Assembly: GCA_039028635.1 (NCBI GenBank)
Contig: JBCCHV010000005.1
Location: 12,118 to 76,117, forward strand
Direction: 5' to 3'
Source: Acidobacteriota bacterium
GTDB lineage: Bacteria > Acidobacteriota > Thermoanaerobaculia > Multivoradales > JBCCEF01
Length of the DNA stretch: 64,000 bases
Below, piece by piece: positions 1 through 7,974 of this stretch. A program made the position numbers and the translations under genes. The notes beneath the pieces are model-generated. The model had not been told where the DNA came from and did not search any database. It saw only the letters and a list, made by a program, of their open reading frames with translations. Every line of letters begins with the position of its first letter. The first letter of the stretch is position 1.

Positions 1-428
1 GCGAGCTTTACCAAGAGGTCATCCTCGACCACAACCGACGTCCCCGGAACTTCGGTTCGCTGGAGGACGCCACCGCCCAGGCCCACGGCCACAACCCACT
101 GTGCGGTGACGAGGTGGACGTCTCTCTGCGAGTCGCCGACGGCGTCGTCGAGAAGGTCGCCTTCGAAGGCATTGGCTGCGCCATCTCGACCGCCTCCGCC
201 TCGCTGATGACGGAAGCCATCCAGGGCCGAGCCCTCGCCGAGGTGCAGGCCCTGTTCACGGATTTTCACCAGCTCATGATCGGCGACGCCCCGGCCGACC
301 CCGATGCCCTCGGCAAGCTCGTCGCCCTCGAGGGAGTGCGGGAGTTCCCCATGCGAGTCAAATGCGCCACCCTCGCCTGGCACACCCTGCAATCGGCCCT
401 CGCCTCGACCAAGGAACCCGTGCCATGA
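1..428 (+). CDS. sufU: SufU/IscU-like Fe-S cluster assembly scaffold, 5'-truncated at the window edge
   Basis: Translation from position 3 reads ELYQEVILDHNRRPRNFGS...NPLCGDEVD...GIGCAIS...RVKCATLAW. These are the conserved NifU/SufU Cys motifs. Confidence 0.8.
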   Translation, partial: ELYQEVILDHNRRPRNFGSLEDATAQAHGHNPLCGDEVDVSLRVADGVVEKVAFEGIGCAISTASASLMTEAIQGRALAEVQALFTDFHQLMIGDAPADPDALGKLVALEGVREFPMRVKCATLAWHTLQSALASTKEPVP

Positions 429-787
429 CCGAAGAGCAAAAGCCCCAAGCGTCCGAGACCGAGCCGGCTGCCGAAGCCGCCAGCGAAGGCCTCGAAGAAC
501 AAGTCGTCGCCGCCGTCAAGACCATCTTCGACCCCGAGATTCCGGTCAACATCTACGAGCTCGGACTGATCTACGACATCGCCATCGGCGATGGCAACAA
601 GGTCGACGTCAAGATGACCCTCACCTCTCCGGCTTGTCCCGTTGCCGGCAGCCTGCCCGGCGAGGTGCGCGACAAGATCCTCTCGATCGAGGACGTCGCC
701 GACGCCGAGGTCGAAGTGGTCTGGGATCCGGTGTGGAATCCCAGCATGATGTCCGAAGCCGCCCGCCTGCAGCTCGGCATGTTCTAG
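426..787 (+). CDS. sufT: DUF59/MIP18-family Fe-S assembly protein (SufT-like)
   Basis: About 120 aa beginning MTEEQKP. It carries the DUF59 signature ...IYELGLIYD...VDVKMTLTSPACPVAG..., lies downstream of sufU and overlaps it by a few nt. Confidence 0.7.
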
Positions 788-803
788 GCAGCTATTCGAC
801 GCC

Positions 804-1524
804 TGGCGGACTTCGAGATCGACGAGGACCTTCGACGCACCGCGACACTTCCCGGCGCTGTCTACTCGGACCCCACAGTCTCGGACCGGCTCCGCGAGCG
901 CCTCTTCACTCGGGCGTGGCATTTCCAGGCGGCAGCGATCGCCTCCGAGCTCCCGGCCAGGCCCTCCCAGTCTTCCTCGGCGAAGGCCTCCTCGACGAGC
1001 CTCTGGTGCTCACCCGAGGTTCGTCAGGATCAGCTCCACCGCCATTCGAAGGTCTCCACATCCCCTACGTCCCCCCGGACCTCTCCGGCGCCCTCGACTT
1101 CGAGGTCTCCAGAACCGAACTTTTTCCCCGGTGCAACGTACAAGTCGGCACGGCCGGCGCCGGAGAAGAGACTTCGATCTACCACCAGAATCCCCGCACG
1201 CCTGACAGCGCATCGCGCGCCTATGGCTTTTAGCTCTTCCCGAACACCATGCTCAACGGATACCCCTGGGGTACCACCGTCAAGGTCGTGCGGCCTCTGG
1301 GCCCTCTTCGTCTCCGGGTCTCGTTCCTAAGCTACGTGCGCGATCCCTCTCGCCTCGACCGCGGAGCCGGAACCGCCCTCGATCGGGTCGAACGCGAAGA
1401 CGAAGTCATCGTCGAAAGCATCCAGGCGGGCACCCTCTGCCGCCGAGGTCACACTTCTCCGCCCCGCGAGCAAGGGGTTCGCCCTTTTTCATCGCCTATT
1501 GGCGAGATACCTGACCTGAGTTGA
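804..1524 (+). pseudogene. Decayed paralogue of the Rieske oxygenase at 2592-3671, with the Rieske domain deleted and multiple frameshifts
   Basis: Three reading frames carry segments homologous to the intact gene: FEIDEDLRRTATLPGAVYSDPTV..RERLF..WHF, then SDRLRAPGQALPVFLGEGLLDEPLVLTR followed directly by FEGLHIPYVPP (about 135 codons including CxH...CxxH are missing), then LFPNTMLNGYPWG..VVRPLGPLRLRVSFLSYV..GAGTALDRVEREDEVIVESIQ. Confidence 0.7.
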
Positions 1525-1546
1525 GTTCGAACGGACGGAGAAAACC

Positions 1547-2347
1547 ATGAAAGCACTGTTTCCGCGGGTTGCCTTGGCTCTTTTCGTCTCGAGCCTCGCG
1601 GCTCCAGATGTCGTCTCGGCCATCATCATTCGCCACGATCGAGAGGACGCGCGGTATCTCGAGCTCGCCAAAACTTACTCTCAGGTCGTTCGCATGCAGG
1701 CCCCGGGAGAGATTCCAGATGGCGTGGGCACTCTCGTCGCCCCCCAATGGGTCGTCACCGCAGCCCACATCGCCACCCTCCTCGAGCCCGGGCACATCGT
1801 CAAGGTGGCAGGTCGCGATTTCGAGATCGCGGCCATCTTCATCCATCCGTCCTGGAACGACGGACCCCACGACATCGCCCTGGTTCGGCTCGAATCCGAG
1901 GTTCCCGAAAGCCACCCGGCACTTCTCTACAGAAAGCGCGACGAGATAGGTCAGCTCATCACGGTCGTGGGCGATGGCGACAAGGGCGACGGACGGACGG
2001 GACCAGTGGGCAACGACGGTCGAATGCGAGCCGCCACCAATCGCATCGACGAGGCCAGCGATTTCTGGCTCAAGTTCGTCTTCCGAGACGGCCCCAGGGC
2101 GACAGATCTCGAGGGAATCAGCGGACCTGGAGATAGCGGTGGACCAGCCTTTGTCGAGCATCGGGGTGACCTCTATGTCGTCGGAGTCGGTTCGGGTCAG
2201 AGTACTCGCGCCACCCAAGGGCGAGAAGGTCTCTACGGAGTCACCGAGTACTACACGCGGGTCTCCTCGTACCTCAAGTGGCTAGACGACACGATGAGGT
2301 CTCCAGGCGCCCAAGGGGCAGCTCCTCCAGTCCAGGAGACTCCGTAA
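1547..2347 (+). CDS. Secreted trypsin-like (S1 family) serine protease
   Basis: Signal peptide MKALFPRVALALFVSSLAAP. Catalytic triad contexts TAAHI, DIALVRL and GDSGGP. RBS ggagaaaacc precedes the ATG. Confidence 0.85.
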   Translation: MKALFPRVALALFVSSLAAPDVVSAIIIRHDREDARYLELAKTYSQVVRMQAPGEIPDGVGTLVAPQWVVTAAHIATLLEPGHIVKVAGRDFEIAAIFIHPSWNDGPHDIALVRLESEVPESHPALLYRKRDEIGQLITVVGDGDKGDGRTGPVGNDGRMRAATNRIDEASDFWLKFVFRDGPRATDLEGISGPGDSGGPAFVEHRGDLYVVGVGSGQSTRATQGREGLYGVTEYYTRVSSYLKWLDDTMRSPGAQGAAPPVQETP

Positions 2348-2591
2348 GGAACCTGTCCGTTCTCGCCCGATGTCGCGAGCCGGCCCTCAACAGGTGTCAA
2401 CCAACTGATAACCGCTGTATCTCCGGTGTCCGGACGCGATTTCCCGTCCTCGACGGACAGCCAGTCCGCCTGCGGCACCCTCTCGGCCCCACAGCCCCCT
2501 AAACCGCGCCTTGCGAACTTGGGGAGCAACCCAGGCTTGGGAGTAAGATCCACCTCCAAGGTCAGGATCCACGACCCCGGAGGTGAGGCGG

Positions 2592-3671
2592 ATGCACTTC
2601 GAGATCCATCCGGACATTCGGCAGGCCTCGACCCTGCCCGGCTCCTTCTACTCGGACCACACCGTCCACGAGCAGCTCAAGGAGCGGCTCTTCCCGCGCT
2701 GTTGGCATTTCCTCGGCGACTCGGATCGCCTGCGGGCGCCGGGACAGACCCAGCCGGTCACCCTCGCCGAAGGCCTCCTCGACGAGCCCCTGGTCCTGAC
2801 CCGCGACCGCCAGGACCAGCTTCACTGCCTGTCGAACGTCTGCACCCACCGCGCCAACCTGGTGGTGGAAAGCGAAGGCGTCGCCCGCCAACTGCGCTGC
2901 CGCTACCACGGCCGCCGCTTCCAGCTCGACGGCCGCTTCCTCTCCATGCCCGAGTTCCAGGACGCCGTCGACTTCCCCGGCGATTGCGACCACCTTCCGA
3001 AGCTGCCCCTCGAAAGCTGGGGGAAGTTCCTCTTCACCTCGCTCGATCCGGGCCATTCATTCCAAGAGCTGATCGCCCCGGTCGAAGAGCGCGTCGGCTG
3101 GCTTCCCCTCGCCGAGATGAAGTTCGACGCCGGCCGCTCGCGCGACTACCTGGTGCAGGCCAACTGGGCCCTCTACTGCGACAACTACCTCGAGGGCTTC
3201 CACATCCCCTACGTCCACCCCGGCCTCGCCGGTGTCCTCGACTACGGCAGCTACACCTCCGAGCTCTTTCCTTGGTGCAACCTCCAACTCGGCGTCGCCG
3301 CCGACGGTGAAGACGCCTTCGACCTGCCTTCGGGCTCGCCGGATGCCGGTCAGCGCATCGCCGCTTACTACTTCTGGCTCTTCCCCAACACCATGCTCAA
3401 CGTCTATCCCTGGGGGATTTCCGTCAACGTCGTCCGGCCCCTCGGGCCCCATCGCACCCGAGTCAGCTTCCTCAGCTACGTCCACGACCCCGACCGCCTC
3501 ACCCACGGAGCCGGCGCCGCCCTCGACCGCGTCGAGCGCGAAGACGAAGTCATCGTCGAAAGCGTCCAGCGCGGCACCCGCTCCCGCCTCTACCAGCGCG
3601 GCCGCTACTCACCCCAACGGGAGCAAGGCGTCCACCACTTCCATCGGCTGCTGGCGGAGGGGTTGGAGTAG
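2592..3671 (+). CDS. Rieske [2Fe-2S] non-heme iron oxygenase, alpha-subunit-like
   Basis: Rieske motif CLSNVCTHR...CRYHGRRF. C-terminal catalytic/SRPBCC-like region. RBS ggaggtga before the ATG at 2592; the ORF track starts at the GTG at 2583. Confidence 0.85.
   Translation: MHFEIHPDIRQASTLPGSFYSDHTVHEQLKERLFPRCWHFLGDSDRLRAPGQTQPVTLAEGLLDEPLVLTRDRQDQLHCLSNVCTHRANLVVESEGVARQLRCRYHGRRFQLDGRFLSMPEFQDAVDFPGDCDHLPKLPLESWGKFLFTSLDPGHSFQELIAPVEERVGWLPLAEMKFDAGRSRDYLVQANWALYCDNYLEGFHIPYVHPGLAGVLDYGSYTSELFPWCNLQLGVAADGEDAFDLPSGSPDAGQRIAAYYFWLFPNTMLNVYPWGISVNVVRPLGPHRTRVSFLSYVHDPDRLTHGAGAALDRVEREDEVIVESVQRGTRSRLYQRGRYSPQREQGVHHFHRLLAEGLE
3642..3671 (+). repeat. 30-bp repeat copy A (catcggctgctggcggaggggttggagtag), the 3' terminus of the Rieske oxygenase gene
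   Basis: Matches 7395-7424 at 28 of 30 positions and 1489-1506 partially. Confidence 0.7.
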
Positions 3672-3743
3672 GCCGAGGCGGCATCTCTGTGAGGGAAGCC
3701 CCTACAGCACTGCGGGGTACCTGAGGACCGCCGGCTCGGTGTC

Positions 3744-6034
3744 CTACGACCCCTGCTCCGAAGGACTGGTTTCTCGCTCGGGGACAACAAGCTCCACCTC
3801 TCCTCCAGCGGGGAGGGTATCGCTAACGCAGGTCGGTTGCTCCTGGCGCCAATCCCTCCGGGTCGTCGCCGCAGCAAGGTAGTCCGCCTCGGTCATGACG
3901 CATGCGGTGTAAAGCCCTGGTGCCATCCTGGGAATTTCGAGGCTCTTGCTACCAAGCTGCCACGTCACACCATGGCCCCGAGACCATTGCCATAGCCTCT
4001 GCTGAGACAGTGGGATGCCATCCTGGAGAATCACGACCTGGCCTCGCTCGCGGCTCGAGGAGGAGTCAACCTCTCCTTCGAAGCGGATGAAGAGACGTCC
4101 CCATTCTGCGGAGACCTCGAACGTCAGGTCTTCGGAAAAGGGAACGCTCCTGGCCTGAAGGCCGTGCCCGGGCGCACTGACGATCGCGTGGAGTTGTTGG
4201 GCATCGGCTCGCAGGCGAGCGTCGAAGTAGCCGGATAGATCTGTCCTGGCCGAGTCTCCAGACGCGGCGAGGAATGGTTGGACCACTTCGAGATCAACAG
4301 AGGCTCCCGGCACGGGACTACCCTTCTCGGAAACCACGCGGCCACGAATTGCCTGCTTGCTGTGCAGCACGAGCTCCGCCGGCCCCCAGGGAGTCCCCTC
4401 GACGACCGAGGCCATCACGCTGTCACTCGACCTCTCGTCATCGCCAGCGCCCTTCCGGGCGGCCACCGAAACCGCCCCCTCGCGAAACGCCCGGAGCCGG
4501 AACTCACCATCCTCCTCGGAGCGCCCTGAGGCCCTCGCGTCCGAACCCCGCAAGAACACCTGCGCTTCCGCCACAGGGCGTCCTTGTTCATCGACCACCC
4601 GACCGAAGACCTCCGTCTCCGGAAGCACAATGTCGAGATCCGCCTCGCCCTTCGAATCTGCGCGAACCTCGACCCGGTCGCGCAGCCCCTCCAACTCCAA
4701 CTCCGGAACGTCGACCTCGATATCCCACCATCCATCCTCTGGAAGTACCCCGATGAAAGCCCCGTCTCGGTCTGTCGGCGTGTGGGCGCGAGAGATCCCG
4801 GACCGACCACCAAACCAGATCGTGCCTTCCACGGGCTCTTCGCCATAGAGCAACTCCCCGCGGACTATCACGAGATCGAGAGTGACCGCGATACGAGGGT
4901 CGGCAGCGGTCACCATGACATCGGGTCGCCCAAACATCTGGTTCCCCAGGGAGTCCTGCACCTTGACGAGGAATGTTCCTGGCGCTTGGTTCTCGAGCAC
5001 CGTGCGCCCTTGAGCCAAGGCTCCACGAAACGCGGAGTCTCCGTCGGCTGAGCCAGAGAGGTCCGACATGCGAGAGACAGAAACCTGCCACGGCTTGCCG
5101 CGCCAGTCCTCCGGGGGTTCGACCAGGACCTCGATTTCGAGAGGGCGGTAGAGAGTGATGGGCGCCTTCAGACGTACTTCGGCCGAGTCCCAAACTTCCA
5201 GCGGAAACTCTCTCGCCTCCACGAATCCTGGATGAGCAACCTCCAGAACGTAGGCTCCGGAAGCGAGTCCTGCAAGCTGGAAGAATCCATCCCCCTGCAA
5301 GGGCACCTCGAGCACCGGCTTCGCCAGCCGTTGCGCCAACCCAGTATCGGCTCCACGAGGAACGAAGGGGAAGAGCCTAGCGGAACCTTCCGAGGTTAGA
5401 AGTTCGCCGTCAATCGACTCGGCTCGACCAACCAGAGATCCCCCTTCTTTCAAGTCGAAGGGGGCAAAATGCACCACCGAGGCTGGCTTGACCTCGACCC
5501 CGAACTCATACATCGGGACGTAGCCCGCAACCCGAAACTCGGCATCTAGCAATCCCGCGGGCACGTCACAGGACCACTTATCCTCCTCCACGGGGCAGCG
5601 CGCTCGAGAGGTAGGAACCGCACCCGATCGCAGGGGCTCCGGCGAGGAGAAGCGGATTTCGAGACTGCTCGGTAGTTTGCCCTTGCCGTCGAGCAGTTTC
5701 AGCGTGCCCGAGAGTCGCCCCGCCGGCCGAGTGAGAAAGTGGAGCTGCGTGTCTCCCGAGGCCTCGAAGGACTGCCTGCGACTTCGAGACAGGCCTCCCA
5801 TGAGGTTTCCGCCGGAAGCACCAAGGAGGCCAACCCCAAGTCATCGAACGCGACCTCGCGAGTCTCAGGTTCCTCGCCAAGAAGCCGAAGCTGCACCAAT
5901 CCGAGGGCCTCGGCCTCACCCTCAACACGCTCACCTGACAGAGAGACGTGAACGTCCGAGGCTTCCATGGACGGCACCGCCAGCCCCAGGAGCAGAAACG
6001 GGGCAGCCAGGCCGACAGCGAGCGATCTCGTCAT
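3744..6034 (-). CDS. Large secreted protein with repeated carboxypeptidase-regulatory-like beta-sandwich domains; the N-terminal signal-peptide segment is in another frame (frameshift or pseudogene?)
   Basis: 685-aa ORF 3744-5801 with repeated GxVVDxxGxPVxxAxV motifs (FGRVVDEQGRPVAEAQVFL, IRGRVVSEKGSPVPGASVDL). ORF 5699-6043 in a different frame encodes MTRSLAVGLAAPFLLLGLAVPSMEA, a signal peptide. The ATG at 6034 overlaps the upstream gene's stop codon (ATGA). Confidence 0.5.
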
Positions 6035-6384
6035 CCTGGGCAATACCCGTTGCAGTCTGGCTCCTCCGTCTCTTCGACCTCGACGAGGAGGCAGGCACCG
6101 CCGCTGGTTACACAGAGGACGCCATGCATGTCACGAATGTTCTCGCAGTAGATCCCGTCGCCCGTTCCGTAATTCGAAGCGGACTGGCACTTGGTGTCAC
6201 AGGGGCCGAACCAACCGGAGCAGTTTGAGTTGTCTGGAACGCAGTTGAAACAGCCAACCATCCTGGCTCCATGTGCCGCCCAAACGCCACCGAAACCTAG
6301 CAGAACAGTGAGAACCAGAATGGCTCTCCGGCACGAAAATCGGTCCGTTAGTCGAGCGTCGCCCTGGCCCGCGCCACCATACAT
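6031..6384 (-). CDS. Possible small secreted Cys-rich protein (117 aa, about 10 Cys after a signal-like segment), in frame with the orphan Rhs fragment
   Basis: MYGGAGQGDARLTDRFSCRRAILVLTVLLGFGGVWAAHGA/RMVGCFNCVPDNSNCSGWFGPCDTKCQ...DCNGYCPG. Its stop overlaps the ATG of the downstream large secreted protein (ATGA). Confidence 0.3.
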   Translation of the reverse strand: MYGGAGQGDARLTDRFSCRRAILVLTVLLGFGGVWAAHGARMVGCFNCVPDNSNCSGWFGPCDTKCQSASNYGTGDGIYCENIRDMHGVLCVTSGGACLLVEVEETEEPDCNGYCPG

Positions 6385-6906
6385 GTCCCGCTCGTGGCCG
6401 GTGAGCCTCATCCGCTCGCTCGACCCGTTGGGCACGGACTCTTCCCCAAACGGGAAGTAGGTATGAAGCCCCGCACTGCGCCCGTCGGCCTTGGTGATGA
6501 GCCTCGGGGTGCCGAGATGGTCGAGGTGGAAGAACCTCCATCCCTCGGCCGGCCTCCAGGAAGCCAGCAGCTGACCGTCCCGATGGATGTGGTCTTCCCG
6601 GTGGTTCCAGGTGCCGGCGGAGCCTCCGACGGTACCCCATGTGCGCAGCACCTAGCCGCCGAGGTCGCGCAGGGTCCAGGTCTCTTCGATCGGGCTTTCG
6701 GCCCAGTGGAGGGTGTTGATGCGCTCGTCGTCGGCGGTGTAGAGGTAGTAGTCCTCGATGGCGCCGTCGCCGCTCTCCTTGGACCTCAGCTTCGACAAGG
6801 CGTCCCAGGTGTAGGTGTAGCCGGTGGTGCCGGAGCCGAAGTGGAGCTGATTGCCAGCGGCGTCGCAGCCGGCCCCGGTCCAGCGATTGGCGGCCTCCCT
6901 GACCAC
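6031..6906 (-). pseudogene. Orphan Rhs C-terminal core fragment, disrupted by an in-frame TAG and lacking the DPxGL/toxin end
   Basis: NRWTGAGCDAAGNQL..YLYTADDERI..PIEETWTLRDLGG*VLRTWGTVGG..ASWRP..LDHLGTPRL..FPFGE..TGHERD aligns with residues of the full Rhs (TNRLTGAGYDAAGNQL...TWTVRDLDGQVLRTW...). TAG at 6652-6654 sits where the full gene has CAG. The sequence diverges after GHERD. Confidence 0.7.
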
Positions 6907-7010
6907 CGGTCCAATCCTTGACAGCCTTCAGGAACCGCCACCATAAGAGCCCCGCAAGAGCTTTTCCTTCCAATAGTCCTGGAGAAGAGCGAAACTCAAG
7001 AGCGGTTCGA

Positions 7011-7397
7011 CTAGTCGTCCCACTGGAAAACGGTCTCAGTTCCCGCCTCGAACGGAAGATCATCATCAGGATGGAGAAGCCAGCAAACTTGGTAGAGGGT
7101 TGGCCAATCTCGAAGACGTCTCCAAGTGAAATCGACCCTTTCAACCTGTCGATCGAGTGGACCGGTCCAAAGGCGAAATCCTTCGACATACATCTCTCCA
7201 ATCACCACCGCATTCTCCTCCAAAAGAGAACCCAGCAGATCGAGAACGGCTCCCCTAATATCTTCCTGAGACTCAGAATACCCCAGCTCTTGACGCACCG
7301 ATTCGACCAGATCCCAAAAGCCGAATTCGCGTTCCTCGTCGACTTCACTTGTAACTGCCACAAAAATTCGCTTCTTTTGACTCTTTGAGAGTAGCAT
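7011..7397 (-). CDS. Rhs-associated immunity-like protein 2, paralogue of the 7548-7964 gene
   Basis: 128 aa in a local AT-rich patch. Shares GFRLW.G....VERVDFTWRRLRDWP with imm1 (GFRVWPG...VERIRFAWRLLEDWP). Confidence 0.55.
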   Translation of the reverse strand: MLLSKSQKKRIFVAVTSEVDEEREFGFWDLVESVRQELGYSESQEDIRGAVLDLLGSLLEENAVVIGEMYVEGFRLWTGPLDRQVERVDFTWRRLRDWPTLYQVCWLLHPDDDLPFEAGTETVFQWDD

Positions 7398-7424
7398 CGG
7401 CTATTGGCGGAGGGGTTGGAGTAG
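7395..7424 (+). repeat. 30-bp repeat copy B (catcggctattggcggaggggttggagtag)
   Basis: Matches 3642-3671 at 28 of 30 positions. Overlaps the start codon of imm2 on the opposite strand. Confidence 0.7.
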
Positions 7425-7547
7425 CGATCCAGAGCGATCAACCCAACATAGCTACGCAAAAATAAGCCGATGCAATCACAAAGAGGACAGCCGCGAACAT
7501 TAGGTGTGGCCTATCACCTCAATATCGGCACGGCACCCATAGAGGAC

Positions 7548-7964
7548 TCATGGCGGAAGACGACCAGCGTCTCCGTCCCGAGAATAGCTAGCCGGCAGTA
7601 GGTCACTCTCGGTCTCCATCGGAATGTCGTCACCGGCGGGAAAGAAGCAGCAGACATCATCGATCGATGGCCAATCTTCAAGAAGTCTCCACGCGAACCG
7701 AATTCGTTCCACGTGAATATTGAAGTCTCCAGGCCAGACCCGAAAACCACTCTCATAGAGATTTCCGACCTGCATCTTCTTGGATGCCAAGAGCTCTCGT
7801 AAAACTCTCAGAGTCGCCTCCTGTATCGATGCTTTCGACTCGCGGCGACCCAGAAGATCCCTAATATCCTCTACCAGAACGTAGAACTGCATCTCTCTGG
7901 CCTCTTCCAGAAAAATCATCCACTCGGACTCAAGAACTTCAGACTGCTCTACTGTAAGTCGCAC
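7548..7964 (-). CDS. Rhs-associated immunity-like protein 1, the likely cognate of the Rhs C-terminal toxin
   Basis: 138-aa ORF starting 11 nt after the Rhs stop. Low-GC composition. No signal peptide. Confidence 0.6.
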   Translation of the reverse strand: MRLTVEQSEVLESEWMIFLEEAREMQFYVLVEDIRDLLGRRESKASIQEATLRVLRELLASKKMQVGNLYESGFRVWPGDFNIHVERIRFAWRLLEDWPSIDDVCCFFPAGDDIPMETESDLLPASYSRDGDAGRLPP

Positions 7965-7974
7965 CGTGCTACTC

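Noticed and set aside
304-1233. 309-aa plus-strand ORF spanning sufU, sufT and the pseudogene
   Set aside because: It is Arg/Pro-rich and out of frame with sufU/sufT. It merely runs through unrelated genes, and its tail coincides with one frame of the decayed oxygenase paralogue.
2426-3882. ORFs 2426-3310 and 3232-3882 overlapping the Rieske oxygenase
   Set aside because: Alternative-frame artefacts (Pro/Arg/Ser-rich) of a high-GC gene. The Rieske ORF carries the real motifs.
6197-7201. 334-aa minus-strand ORF across the orphan Rhs fragment and imm2 region
   Set aside because: Different frame from the Rhs-homologous fragment and from imm2. The translation is low-complexity Arg/Leu-rich.
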